From: Candidatus Omnitrophota bacterium
GTDB taxonomy: Bacteria; Omnitrophota; Gorgyraeia; Gygaellales; Profunditerraquicolaceae
Reading direction: 5' to 3'
Length of the DNA stretch: 64,000 nucleotides
Assembly: GCA_028717245.1 (NCBI GenBank)
Contig: JAQUOD010000001.1
Location: forward strand, 309,324 to 373,323
Positions 10,425 to 20,259 of this stretch are shown here, in pieces. The notes below the pieces were generated by a model. That model was not told the origin of the DNA and did not search any database. It worked only from the letters and a program-made list of their open reading frames with translations. Every line of letters starts with the position of its first letter. Within the stretch, counting starts at the first letter, position 1. Position numbers and translations under genes: made by a program.

Positions 10425-11684
10425 CTATTTTCTAATTTGTCCCTTCCCGAATATCGTATATTTATATGTCGTTAATTCTTCTAATGCCATAGGCCCCCGC
10501 GCATGCAGTTTATCCGTAGAGATACCTATCTCAGCACCCATGCCGAATTGATAACCGTCAGTAAAACGCGTGGAGGCGTTCAGATAAACACAGGCAGAAT
10601 CCACCTGCTTTAAAAAAACTTCTGCGTTCTCTTTATTATCGGTAACAATAGCATCGGAATGATGCGAACCATAATGATTAATGTGCCTGATTGCCTCTTC
10701 TAAACTATCTACGACCTTAACCGATAGGATCAAATCCAGATACTCCGTATGGTAATCTGCATCTTTTGCCTTTTTAATATTTTTCACGATTTTGCAGGTT
10801 ATAGGGCAACCGCGGATTTCCACGCCGGCTTCTTTAAATTTCTTAATCATCCCGGGTAAAAATCTTATGGCAACATCTTTATGCACGAGCATGCTCTCCA
10901 TGGCATTGCAGACTCCAGGCCGCTGAACTTTAGCGTTGTAACATAAATTTTGGGCCATATTCAGGTCTGCCCAATCGTCAACATATACATGGCAGATACC
11001 CTTGTAATGTTTTATTACCGGGATACGCGAAGTTTTGACTACGCGGTTAATCAGGCTTTCGCCGCCGCGGGGAATCACTAGGTCAATATAATCGTTTAAT
11101 TTCAGTAATATATCCACGGCCTGCCTGTCGGCAGTAGTAACCATATTAACGATGCCCGGCGAGATACCTGATCTCTTTATTACCTCTTTGAGTATCTGGT
11201 ATATGGCCAGGTTAGAATTCAGGGCCTCGCTGCCCCCTCTTAAGATAACTGCATTTGCGGATTTAAAACATAACCCGATACAATCCGCAGTCACATTAGG
11301 CCGCGACTCATAAATAATCGCGATTACGCCGATAGGCACGCGCACTTTATTTATCAGGAGGCCGCAAGGCCTGCGCCAAGCCCTCATTACTTCACCCACC
11401 GGGTCATCTAATCCGGCTATTTCTAATAAAGAGCCTGACATCTCTTCTATCCTCTTTTGGTTAAGAACGAGCCTGTCGATAAATGCAGCCGATGAGCCAT
11501 TGGCAAGAGACTTCTGTATATCCTTCTTGTTTGCTTTGAGGATAATGTTTTTATTTTTCTTTAAGGCCATGGCCATGCCCTTGAGAACTTTATTCTTCAA
11601 CGCAGAGGATACGTTAAGCATGCCTAATGATGCCTCACGGGCATTCCTGGCTATACGGATAAATTCTTCTTTCAGCTGCGCCAT
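10425..11684 (-). CDS. proA: glutamate-5-semialdehyde dehydrogenase
   Basis: 419 aa, aldehyde dehydrogenase fold; gene order proB-proA. Confidence 0.9.
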   Translation of the reverse strand: MAQLKEEFIRIARNAREASLGMLNVSSALKNKVLKGMAMALKKNKNIILKANKKDIQKSLANGSSAAFIDRLVLNQKRIEEMSGSLLEIAGLDDPVGEVMRAWRRPCGLLINKVRVPIGVIAIIYESRPNVTADCIGLCFKSANAVILRGGSEALNSNLAIYQILKEVIKRSGISPGIVNMVTTADRQAVDILLKLNDYIDLVIPRGGESLINRVVKTSRIPVIKHYKGICHVYVDDWADLNMAQNLCYNAKVQRPGVCNAMESMLVHKDVAIRFLPGMIKKFKEAGVEIRGCPITCKIVKNIKKAKDADYHTEYLDLILSVKVVDSLEEAIRHINHYGSHHSDAIVTDNKENAEVFLKQVDSACVYLNASTRFTDGYQFGMGAEIGISTDKLHARGPMALEELTTYKYTIFGKGQIRK

Positions 11685-11685
11685 A

Positions 11686-12777
11686 CTATTTCTCCTGCAG
11701 TATCACTATATTATCGCGGTGGATTACTTCTCTGTCGTGACGAGTGCCTTTAACCTTATCTAAATGCCTGCTGGAAAGATTAACTTTACCCCTGGCAAAT
11801 TCGCAATTTTCTTTATCTGCCACGCTGACAATGTCCGCTGACTCAAAGACACCATGGGTAGCAAGAATCCCTACGGCAAGCAGGCTCTTTTTATTCATAA
11901 GCGCCTTTTTCGCCCCGTCGTCAACAGTAATACTCCCTTTGGCTTTTGTGCCAAAGGCGATCCAGCGTTCTCTTGCCGCTAAGCCCTTTTTAGGAGAAAA
12001 CAGTGTTCCATACTTTTCTGGTTCCTTGATTACCGATAAAATTATATCCTTCGTGCGCCCGTTGGCTATAACGCAAGGTATCCCAGAATCCATGCATATC
12101 TTTGCCGCCTCAATCTTTGTAATCATCCCACCGACGCAAATCTTCTTATCTGTCGGACAGGCAAGTGCCTTTATTTGAGAATTAATCTCATCTACAACAG
12201 GAATGACTTTCTTATCCTTATCTAAAAGCCCGTCTACATCAGAAAGAATAATTAAAAGGTCAGCGGAAATCAAACTGGAAACTAAAGCAGAAAGCCTATC
12301 ATTATCTCCAAATTTAATCTCATCAGTAGATATTGTATCGTTTTCATTAATTATAGGAACGATGTGCTGAAGGCAATGCTTTTGTTTTTTTAATAATGCC
12401 TGCAACGTATTTCGGGCATTTAAGTAACGTTTTCTATTTGCAAAATCTTCATTGGTTAAAAGGATCTGAGCGCTAAAATAACCCTTCCCGAAGAAACCCC
12501 GATAACCATCCATCAATTTATTTTGACCAATGGCTGCCGTTGCCTGTAAATCCTCCAACTTCCTGGGGCGTTCTTTTAAGCCAAGCGTACGCATGCCAAA
12601 AGCAATTGCCCCAGAAGAAACAACTATTACTTCGTTGCCTTCTTTAACTAAACTGGCAATTTGACGGTGAGCGATATCATAAACGAAAGAATCATCCCAG
12701 ACTTTATTCGCCGAATATAAAAGGCTTGAGCCTATTTTTACGACAATCCTCTTATATTTTTTTTCCGATTGCTTCAA
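11686..12777 (-). CDS. proB: glutamate 5-kinase (with PUA domain)
   Basis: IVVKIGSSLL...amino-acid kinase fold, C-terminal PUA. Confidence 0.9.
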   Translation of the reverse strand: MKQSEKKYKRIVVKIGSSLLYSANKVWDDSFVYDIAHRQIASLVKEGNEVIVVSSGAIAFGMRTLGLKERPRKLEDLQATAAIGQNKLMDGYRGFFGKGYFSAQILLTNEDFANRKRYLNARNTLQALLKKQKHCLQHIVPIINENDTISTDEIKFGDNDRLSALVSSLISADLLIILSDVDGLLDKDKKVIPVVDEINSQIKALACPTDKKICVGGMITKIEAAKICMDSGIPCVIANGRTKDIILSVIKEPEKYGTLFSPKKGLAARERWIAFGTKAKGSITVDDGAKKALMNKKSLLAVGILATHGVFESADIVSVADKENCEFARGKVNLSSRHLDKVKGTRHDREVIHRDNIVILQEK

Positions 12778-13708
12778 TTAATTCCTCCAGGCCTTCTTTT
12801 TTTAATGCCGATATGGGATAAACCTTCTTCTTTTTTATTGCCTTTCTAAATTTCTCCAGATTAACGGTTGCCCCTTCTAAATCCATTTTGTTGGCTGCGA
12901 TAATCTGAGGTTTTTTGTAAACTTCTTTGCTGTAATTTTTTAGTTCCCTGTTTATGACTTTATAATCTTCTAGGGGGTTGCGGCCTTCATATCCGGACAT
13001 ATCTATAAGATGGATAAGGATCCTCGTGCGCTCAACATGCCTGAGAAACTCATCGCCCAAACCCCTGCCCCTGGATGAACCCTCAATCAGCCCCGGGATG
13101 TCAGCGATAACAAAAGAGCCGCCTGCATAATTTACCGCCCCTAATACCGGGGCCTTGGTGGTAAAGGGATAAGGGGCAATTTTAGGATGGGCATGGGAAA
13201 TACCGCTAATCAAAGTGGATTTCCCTACATTAGGAAAACCCACCACTCCCACATCGGCAATAAGCTTTAAATCCAGGATTAATTCTTTTTCTTCCCCTGG
13301 CTCGCCGTCTGTAGCAATCTGACGATGCTGGTTACCTAAACCTCCCCTGCCTGCGTGCGCTATAATAATTTCTTCCTGGTCTTTACCTAAGTCGCGCAGG
13401 ATACAGCCTGTTTTGGCATCCTTGATAGCCGTGCCGCAAGGGACCCGGATAAGAACCGGGTGGGCGTCTTTACCTTTTTTGTTTTTACTGGACCCGTTTC
13501 CTCCGGCAGGGCCAAAGAAATGCCTATTGTAGCGAAAATCTAAAAGGGTGCGTAGATTCCTGTCTGCCCTTACGACGATATCCGCGCCCCTGCCCCCATT
13601 ACCGCCATTGGGGATACCCCTACGGGTATATTTATCGCGATATAAACTGCTACAGCCTCCTCCGCCGTGGCCGGCCTTTACATAAATTTTTGCGCTGTCA
13701 ATGAACAT
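12752..13708 (-). CDS. obg: GTPase Obg (short form without long C-terminal extension)
   Basis: MFIDSAKIYVKAGHGGGGCSS...Gly-rich Obg fold plus GFPNVGKST G-domain. Confidence 0.9.
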   Translation of the reverse strand: MFIDSAKIYVKAGHGGGGCSSLYRDKYTRRGIPNGGNGGRGADIVVRADRNLRTLLDFRYNRHFFGPAGGNGSSKNKKGKDAHPVLIRVPCGTAIKDAKTGCILRDLGKDQEEIIIAHAGRGGLGNQHRQIATDGEPGEEKELILDLKLIADVGVVGFPNVGKSTLISGISHAHPKIAPYPFTTKAPVLGAVNYAGGSFVIADIPGLIEGSSRGRGLGDEFLRHVERTRILIHLIDMSGYEGRNPLEDYKVINRELKNYSKEVYKKPQIIAANKMDLEGATVNLEKFRKAIKKKKVYPISALKKEGLEELIEAIGKKI

Positions 13709-13745
13709 TTATACCGTTTTAGTCTGTTTTATCCGTTAAACGGAC

Positions 13746-14060
13746 TTAACCAATAGATATCTCTTTTATCTTCAGGCGGGTCAGCTGCTGACGGTGCCCC
13801 TTTTTCCAGTGGGAGGACTTACGGCGGCGGTATTTAAAGGAAACGACTTTCTCGCCCTTTATTTGTCCTAAGACCGTTGCCTCTACTTTTGCGCCTTTCA
13901 GGTAAGGCTGGCCTATTTCGGCCTTTTTATCTTTGGAAACAAAGAGTACTCTATTCAGGGTAATCTCGCTTCCATCTTTACCGGACTGCTTTTCTACCTC
14001 AATAATATCGCCTTTTTTTACACTATACTGTTTTGCCCCAACTTCAACTATTGCATACAT
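13746..14060 (-). CDS. rplU: 50S ribosomal protein L21
   Basis: MYAIVEVGAKQYSVKKGD. Confidence 0.92.
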   Translation of the reverse strand: MYAIVEVGAKQYSVKKGDIIEVEKQSGKDGSEITLNRVLFVSKDKKAEIGQPYLKGAKVEATVLGQIKGEKVVSFKYRRRKSSHWKKGHRQQLTRLKIKEISIG

Positions 14061-14166
14061 TTGTCGCTCTCCTTTAAGTTTATTTTTCTTATTTTATATA
14101 GAGTTATAATAATAACATATGGAACAAAGAGGGTCAAGGGAAAAAATGGGATGGATTAAGGCTGGC

Positions 14167-15609
14167 TTAAGATATTCTTATATCCTCTATATTGAGGCTG
14201 GGGTCAGCTACGGTATTAACTTTCACCCTGAATTTACGCTCAATAAAACGCAGGTGCTCTTTATCTCTTAGAACCTCATCAGCCACGGCAGGATTCAATA
14301 TAATCTTAGCCTCTTTTATAGACTTACCTTTGAGGAATCTCCTTAGCTCTTTAAGCGCGTAAATGGACATGGTCACTGGGGATTTAATCCTGCCCTTTCC
14401 CTGGCAGTAATGGCAGGCCTGATAAGAAAGCATCTGGACAGTCCTGTGTATGCGTTCACGGGTCATCTCTATCAGCCCGAATTTGGAAATACCCTCAATA
14501 TCGTATTTTGCCTTATCATTACTTAATTCTTTTTTGAGCACGTTTAAGACTTCCCGGCGGTGAGATTCCTTTAACATATCAATAAAATCTATGACGATTA
14601 TCCCTCCGAGGTCGCGCAATCTTAATTGGTGGGCAACCTCAATGGCTGCTTCGCAGTTTACCTTAAACGCCGTCTCTTCCTGTTCGGTTTTCTTCCTGAA
14701 ACCTCCGCTATTTACATCGATAACCACCAGGCCCTCGGTAGGCTCGATTATAATATATGCCTTTGATTTTAAATAGATCTTATTCTCAAAAATCCTGCTT
14801 ACCTGTCTTTCAATATCCTTATCTTCAAAGAGGCTATCTCCCCGGTATAATTCTACCCTGTTAGAGAGGTATCTTAAGAACGTGCTGATAAAACGGTGTA
14901 TCCGGCGGTATTCTTCTTTGGAATCTACAATTAATTTAGTAACGTCTTCGGTAAAAGAATCGCGTATCGCCCGCAGGGTCAAATCGTACTCCTCATAGAC
15001 AAGGGAAGGCGCTTTCTTCGCGCGGATTATTTTCTCAATCCTCTTCCATAACTTAATCAGAAAATTAGCATCCCTGAGCAATTCTTTCTTAGATTTACCC
15101 TGCGCAGCTGTGCGCACAATAAAACCCATATCCGTAGGCAGTTTTAATTCATGGAATATTGTTTTAAGGCGCATCCTCTCAACATCATCCTCTATCTTAC
15201 GCGATATCCCTACCTGATGGTCTTGGGGCATAAGCACCAGGTACCTTCCCGGAAGGCCGATATGGGTAGAAAGGCGCGGGCCTTTTGTGCCGAATGATTC
15301 TTTCACTACCTGCACCAGGACTTCCTGGCCCTTCTTGACTTCACGGGGGATATTCTCTTGTGGCGTTTCCACGAATTCAAAAGCAGATTCTATCTCGGTT
15401 AAGTATAAGAAACCTTTCTTGGGTAAGCCTATATCGACAAAGGCGGCGCCGATATTGGCAAGGGCTGCTTCGATTTTACCCTTATAGATATTACCGACTA
15501 TAGTCTTATCCTGCGGCCGTTCGATATAAAATTCTTCCAGGCGGCCGTCATTAACTATGGCTACCCGCTTTTCCTGCGGTTCAATATTAATCAATATCTC
15601 TTTAGGCAT
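14167..15609 (-). CDS. rng: ribonuclease E/G family (RNase G-like)
   Basis: N-terminal S1 domain plus RNase E/G catalytic core (DIDGGxxxxKK-like region), 480 aa. Confidence 0.85.
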   Translation of the reverse strand: MPKEILINIEPQEKRVAIVNDGRLEEFYIERPQDKTIVGNIYKGKIEAALANIGAAFVDIGLPKKGFLYLTEIESAFEFVETPQENIPREVKKGQEVLVQVVKESFGTKGPRLSTHIGLPGRYLVLMPQDHQVGISRKIEDDVERMRLKTIFHELKLPTDMGFIVRTAAQGKSKKELLRDANFLIKLWKRIEKIIRAKKAPSLVYEEYDLTLRAIRDSFTEDVTKLIVDSKEEYRRIHRFISTFLRYLSNRVELYRGDSLFEDKDIERQVSRIFENKIYLKSKAYIIIEPTEGLVVIDVNSGGFRKKTEQEETAFKVNCEAAIEVAHQLRLRDLGGIIVIDFIDMLKESHRREVLNVLKKELSNDKAKYDIEGISKFGLIEMTRERIHRTVQMLSYQACHYCQGKGRIKSPVTMSIYALKELRRFLKGKSIKEAKIILNPAVADEVLRDKEHLRFIERKFRVKVNTVADPSLNIEDIRIS

Positions 15610-15919
15610 ATTCTCTGGTTTCTTTTATAAAAATTCCTTCTGGTAACTGTTTTTGCAGCCTTTCCTGAAAATCCCGGGGGTCAACTGGCTCCCTTAAAGT
15701 AAAGGTCGCTTCTTCGCAATCGCTTTCTATCCCTAATTTCAAAGCGCGTTTAATGCTGATTTTAGGATGCGGGCTGAAGCCTTCGGTAATTTTAATCGGC
15801 AGTTCTGCCCGGCGTAATGCCCGCATAAATAAACGCATCAGGTCCAGATGCGATATGTATTTCATCGGGCCTTTTTTGCTGAATACGATATTCGCCTTAG
15901 GTATAATCCTATTTTTCAT
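15602..15919 (-). CDS. DUF2344/TIGR03936-like protein, N-terminal half only
   Basis: 105 aa. KGPMKYISHLDLMRLFMRALRRAELP matches the start of the radical-SAM-associated DUF2344 family. Overlaps the rng start. Confidence 0.6.
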   Translation of the reverse strand: MKNRIIPKANIVFSKKGPMKYISHLDLMRLFMRALRRAELPIKITEGFSPHPKISIKRALKLGIESDCEEATFTLREPVDPRDFQERLQKQLPEGIFIKETREYA

Positions 15920-16032
15920 ATCTCTAAGCGCTATTGTAAGTTACTGTAACTTAATAGTCAAGGAAAAACAAAGCGGCTGCCTTGTCTTGCTTTCTCATAA
16001 GCACCGCTTTAGTTTTCACTTAATAAGAAGCA

Positions 16033-16413
16033 GCGGGTCCTGCCGTGGGGGCGCCTCTCGTCAAATTTTCCTCGAGGCATCCCCCGCGTCACCCGCTGGA
16101 CATATTTAACCAGACAGTCTAAGTCCGTTCGTATCTTAAAGATGCTGTTCGAAAACACCCAAGCCACCCGCTAAATATGAATCTGACGAGTCACAATAAA
16201 TGAATCTGGCGGTTTTCGAGCGAATGGAGGTTTTAGCCAATGGAGCTTGAGCATTGAGGGAATCCCCGTGGAGCGAAGCGACAAAACGGGGATGGCGAAG
16301 CTGTTTGAGCAGCATTTGTTAGAACAAATGCTGCGAGTTCTGCAGCCACCGAAAATGCGAAAGATCATTGGCGTTAAAAAACCGACTTGAGCGAGAAAAC
16401 TGACAGATTCATT
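16033..16413. repeat. modular intergenic element, copy A (candidate structured ncRNA or MITE-like repeat)
   Basis: Shares a 5' module with copy B: GCGGGTCCTGCCG...GAGGCATCNCCCGCGTCACCCGCT. Carries the core AAATGAATCTGGCGGTTTTCGAGCGAATGGAGGTTTTAGCCAA and a 3' CAGATTCATT that pairs with the core. A/B differences are compensatory in stems. Confidence 0.7.
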
Positions 16414-16447
16414 GAATTGTTGCTTATGTTTATGGATAATATAAAAT

Positions 16448-16486
16448 AAAAAGGGCGAAGTGTTTTTTTTGCTTCGCCCTTTTATC
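16448..16486. terminator. bidirectional intrinsic terminator (GGGCGAAG-loop-CTTCGCCC flanked by A-run and T-run)
   Basis: 8-bp GC-rich stem 16453-16460/16472-16479 with T8 loop. TTTTAT follows on plus; TTTTTATTTTAT follows on minus. Terminates the pilin gene, and possibly a plus-strand transcript of copy A. Confidence 0.8.
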
Positions 16487-16508
16487 AAAACCTTCTTAAT
16501 TAACTAAT

Positions 16509-16940
16509 CTAACCGCCGGCTGCGGTACATGTAGCGTCCGTAGAAAGCACTCCGCCCGTACTTACGGTAAAACTCTTGGTCCCGGAGGTAGTACAACTAA
16601 CAGGCCTTGCGGTTATAGTATAACCGGCAGCCAAAGGAGTACCCACGCTATATGCATAGCCCTGGCAAGGCGAGGTAGCGGTACATTTTGTAAAGTAATT
16701 TTCATTTATATACGGCGGGGTGACATTTACCAGCTGCGCGGCAATATCCGTAGGGTATAAACCGTCATGAGATGCGGAATATGTCTCAAAGGCCGTAGAA
16801 ATAGTCCTTAAGGTCGCCTGGGCCGCTGATTCATTAGCGGTAATTCTCTGCCTTAACAAATTAGGTATGGCTATGGCCGCCAATAAGGCAATAATCGCGA
16901 CAACAATCATGATTTCGACTAACGTAAACCCTCTTTTCAT
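16509..16940 (-). CDS. type IV pilin / pseudopilin (prepilin-type N-terminal methylation domain)
   Basis: MKRGFTLVEIMIVVAIIALLAAIAIPN class III signal peptide. Cys pair in the C-terminal domain. Confidence 0.88.
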   Translation of the reverse strand: MKRGFTLVEIMIVVAIIALLAAIAIPNLLRQRITANESAAQATLRTISTAFETYSASHDGLYPTDIAAQLVNVTPPYINENYFTKCTATSPCQGYAYSVGTPLAAGYTITARPVSCTTSGTKSFTVSTGGVLSTDATCTAAGG

Positions 16941-17009
16941 TTAACACTGCCTCCTTTCTTAAATTACAGTTACCCTATGTTTAAACGCAAGTTATCTTGT
17001 ATTTTACTT

Positions 17010-17038
17010 TTTATATCACTTCCTTAAATACTTGTCAA
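17010..17038 (-). promoter_or_regulatory. sigma70-type promoter for pilin gene (TTGACA-17-TATAAA) with about 70-nt leader and AAGGAGG SD
   Basis: Minus-strand TTGACA at 17033-17038 and TATAAA at 17010-17015. Confidence 0.55.
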
Positions 17039-17085
17039 CACATTTGTATACCATAATAACATTATCGCCGAATGCGCCAGGTTAT

Positions 17086-18018
17086 TTATCCTGAAAACCA
17101 ATCTATCGTGCTTTTAAGGCCTTCCCTAAGCTCTATCCGGGGCTGCCATTTAAGGGCCTGTTTTGCCCGCGAGATATCCGGCTGCCTCTGCTTGGGGTCA
17201 TCTTCCGGTAAAGGCCTAAAAACAACCTTACTTTTAGTTTTGATCATTTTTAAGACCAGCTTTGCAAATTCTAAGATACTGAATTCATGAGGGTTGCCTA
17301 AATTTACCGGCTCATTTATACGGGACAACATAAGCTTGTATATACCTTCTATTAAATCGCTGATATAGCAAAATGAACGGCTCTGCCTTCCGCTGCCATA
17401 TATGGTAATGGGCTTATTATTTATTGCCTGATAGATAAAATTAGGCACCACCCGGCCGTCATTTATGCGCATGCGCGGGCCGTAGGTATTGAAAATCCTG
17501 GCGATCCTTGTATCTATGTTATGTATCCTATGGTATGCCATAGTGAGGGCCTCGGCAAAACGTTTGGATTCATCATAACAACCCCTCACCCCTACCGGAT
17601 TGACATTACCCCAATATTTTTCCGGCTGCGGATGCATTAACGGATCGCCGTAGACCTCCGAAGTAGAAGCTAATAAGAATACGGCGCGTTTCCTTTTAGC
17701 TAACCCCAGCGCATTATGCGTACCCAGGGACCCTACCTTCAGGGTCTGGATAGGGAATTTCAGATAATCTACCGGCGAGGCAAGAGAAGCCAAATGCAAG
17801 ACATAATCTACTTTTCCTGCAATATCAATGTATCCGGTAACGTTGTATCTTATAAACCTGAAATTCCTATCTTTCGTAAGATGCCTTATATTTTCTGTCT
17901 TGCCCGTAATAAGGTTGTCCAAACAGATAACTTTATAATCTTCTTTAATGAGCTTGTCGCATAAATGCGAACCGATAAAACCTGCACCACCCGTAATCAC
18001 TACGGTCTTTTTATGCAT
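17086..18018 (-). CDS. UDP-glucuronate decarboxylase (UDP-xylose synthase)-like SDR
   Basis: [12 protein letters not shown] Rossmann motif, YxxxK; UXS-like length of 310 aa. Confidence 0.8.
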   Translation of the reverse strand: MHKKTVVITGGAGFIGSHLCDKLIKEDYKVICLDNLITGKTENIRHLTKDRNFRFIRYNVTGYIDIAGKVDYVLHLASLASPVDYLKFPIQTLKVGSLGTHNALGLAKRKRAVFLLASTSEVYGDPLMHPQPEKYWGNVNPVGVRGCYDESKRFAEALTMAYHRIHNIDTRIARIFNTYGPRMRINDGRVVPNFIYQAINNKPITIYGSGRQSRSFCYISDLIEGIYKLMLSRINEPVNLGNPHEFSILEFAKLVLKMIKTKSKVVFRPLPEDDPKQRQPDISRAKQALKWQPRIELREGLKSTIDWFSG

Positions 18019-18943
18019 TTCTAAAATACTCCGCTGTTAATTCCAGGCCGCGAAGAAAATCTATCCTGGGCCTGTAAGATAAAAGTTTTTGTATCTTAGT
18101 AATATCCGCCTTTGTCTTAAATACATCTCCCGGCCGCGGCGTGAGGAAAACAGGTTTTATATCTTTGCGCATGATTTTATTCAAGGACTTCAGCAGCTCT
18201 AAAACAGTGTAATCCCTGCCAAAGGCTACATTAAAAACCTCTCCCCTGAATTTTTGTTTCTGGCTTGCCAGGATATTCGCTTCTACTACATTGGCCACAT
18301 AAGTGAAATCCCGGGACTGCCTGCCTGTCCCGTATACGGGCGCGGGCTTGCCATTTAATATACAATGAATAAACTTAGGTATGACTACCGCATATTCATC
18401 ATCCAGGCCCTGGCGGGGGCCAAAGACATTAAAATAACGTAGAGATACCGTCGGCAAGCCATAATACCGGCTGAATATCCGGCAATAATGCTCCCCGGCT
18501 AATTTAGTCAGGGCATAGGGCGAAATAGGCGCAGGCGAAAACCCCTCTTTCTGTGGGAAATCTTTTACATCGCCATAGACTGAACTTGAAGAAGCAAAGA
18601 CAAAAGACTTAACTTTATTTTTTAATGCCGCCTCCAGTATATTCAAAGTGCCGTTTATATTTACTTCATTGTACTCTTTAGGATTGTTCATGGACTTAGG
18701 CACGCTCCTTAAGGCTGCCTGATGCAGGATAAAATCCATGCCTTTAGCTGCTTTTAAACACGTATCCTTCGAACGGATATCGCCCCTCACCAACTCTATC
18801 TTAGCCATTACCCCTTCGATATTTTTTTTCTTGCCGCTGGAGAAATTATCCAATACCCGTATAAAATGTTTTTTTTGTACGAGGGCCTCGACAAGGTGAG
18901 AACCGATAAAACCCGCGCCGCCGGTTACTAAGAATTTACTCAT
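18011..18943 (-). CDS. NAD-dependent nucleotide-sugar epimerase/dehydratase
   Basis: [17 protein letters not shown] catalytic Tyr-Lys. Confidence 0.8.
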   Translation of the reverse strand: MSKFLVTGGAGFIGSHLVEALVQKKHFIRVLDNFSSGKKKNIEGVMAKIELVRGDIRSKDTCLKAAKGMDFILHQAALRSVPKSMNNPKEYNEVNINGTLNILEAALKNKVKSFVFASSSSVYGDVKDFPQKEGFSPAPISPYALTKLAGEHYCRIFSRYYGLPTVSLRYFNVFGPRQGLDDEYAVVIPKFIHCILNGKPAPVYGTGRQSRDFTYVANVVEANILASQKQKFRGEVFNVAFGRDYTVLELLKSLNKIMRKDIKPVFLTPRPGDVFKTKADITKIQKLLSYRPRIDFLRGLELTAEYFRNA

Positions 18944-20250
18944 AGTTTAATCACCTTATTGCTTTTGATGCCTTCATAGACATTACGCGTATCGAATATA
19001 ATACGGGAATTCTTCAACAAGGACTGATAGTCTATCGCTGAATGTTCGGTAGCAATAACTACGCAGTCAAACTTCTTCAAGTTAAGTACGGTTAAATCTA
19101 CGGACTTAAGGTCGGTATGGTTAAATTTTAAATAAGGGATAAGCGGGTCATGATAGCATACGCAGGCATTTTCTTTCTCTAAAATTTCGATGATGTCTAA
19201 AGAAGGGGATTTCCTTAGGTCTTTGATGTCTTTTTTATAAGTAACGCCGATAAGCAGGACTTTAGCCTTACTCAACGCAATACCTTGTTTACCTAAAATC
19301 TGCCGCAGCCTTTCTACTACATATTTGGGCATATAAGTAATAATATCCGAAGCAAGTTTAATAAAACGCGGCTTAAAGCCTTGTAGCCCGGCCTTCCAAT
19401 ATAAGTATAAAGGGTCCTTTGGTATGCAGTGGCCGCCCACGCCCGGCCCCGGATAAAAAGGCATAAAACCGAACGGCTTGGTCTTAGCTGCTTCAATAAC
19501 CTCCCAGATATCGATACCCATCTTATGCGCCATCATCGCCAACTCATCTATAAGCCCGATATTAATCAGGCGAAAAGTATTCTCCAGTAATTTTACCGCC
19601 TCCGCAACCCTGCTGGAAGAAACCGGGACGACTTTATGAATTATATTCTTGTAAAGCGCCACGGTTAAATCTGTAGCTTCTTTTGTTATTCCCCCGACGA
19701 CCTTAGGAATTTTATTGACCGGGTATTTGGCATTGCCGGGGTCTATGCGTTCCGGAGAGAATGCCAGATAAAAATCCTCGCCGCATTTTAAGCCTTTTGA
19801 TTCCAGAAGCGGCAGGATCACATCTTCGGTTGTGCCGGGATAAGTAGTGCTCTCCAAAATAATCAGGCTCCCTTTTTTTATATTTTTCGCTATGGAATTC
19901 ACCGCCTGCTTAATATAGGAGATATCAGGATGGTATTTTCTCTTCAAGGGCGTGGGCACACATATAATCACTGCATCCGCTCCTTTTAAGGCCTGGAAAT
20001 TAGCGCTAGCCCTGAATTTTCCGGAGGCTATAATTTTCCTTAATTCCGCTGTGGGGATATCGCTGATATAGGACTCCTTCTTACTGATATGCGCCAACCT
20101 ATCTTTATCTATATCTATGCCTAAAACATAAAAGCCCTTTTTAGCAAACTCCAAAGCCAGAGGCAAACCTACATAACCTAAGCCCACAACGCAAATCCTG
20201 GCTTTCTTTTTATTGATTCTTTCTTTAAACCCCTGTATAGAATTTCCCAT
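18940..20250 (-). CDS. UDP-sugar dehydrogenase (UDP-ManNAc/UDP-GlcNAc dehydrogenase family)
   Basis: VVGLGYVGLPLA N-terminal Rossmann; catalytic Cys region GGHCIPKD. Confidence 0.85.
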   Translation of the reverse strand: MGNSIQGFKERINKKKARICVVGLGYVGLPLALEFAKKGFYVLGIDIDKDRLAHISKKESYISDIPTAELRKIIASGKFRASANFQALKGADAVIICVPTPLKRKYHPDISYIKQAVNSIAKNIKKGSLIILESTTYPGTTEDVILPLLESKGLKCGEDFYLAFSPERIDPGNAKYPVNKIPKVVGGITKEATDLTVALYKNIIHKVVPVSSSRVAEAVKLLENTFRLINIGLIDELAMMAHKMGIDIWEVIEAAKTKPFGFMPFYPGPGVGGHCIPKDPLYLYWKAGLQGFKPRFIKLASDIITYMPKYVVERLRQILGKQGIALSKAKVLLIGVTYKKDIKDLRKSPSLDIIEILEKENACVCYHDPLIPYLKFNHTDLKSVDLTVLNLKKFDCVVIATEHSAIDYQSLLKNSRIIFDTRNVYEGIKSNKVIKL

Positions 20251-20259
20251 TTTTATCCG

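Noticed and set aside
16033-16413. Identification of the three-copy element as RNase P RNA, tmRNA, SRP RNA or 6S RNA
   Set aside because: The universally conserved motifs were not found: RNase P GGAAAGUCCGG/ACAGAA-CCGGCUUA, the tmRNA tRNA-like ends and tag ORF, and the SRP domain IV. Three divergent copies also argue against a single-copy housekeeping RNA.
16171-16488. Minus-strand ORFs 16171..16488, 25646..25957 and 57426..57677 that share the peptide LKLLWLKPPFARKPPDSF
   Set aside because: They lie entirely on the three copies of the nucleotide-level repeat element. The conserved peptide simply mirrors the conserved core AATGAATCTGGCGGTTTTCGAGCGAA, the reading frames differ outside it, and no RBS is present. 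Treated as spurious.
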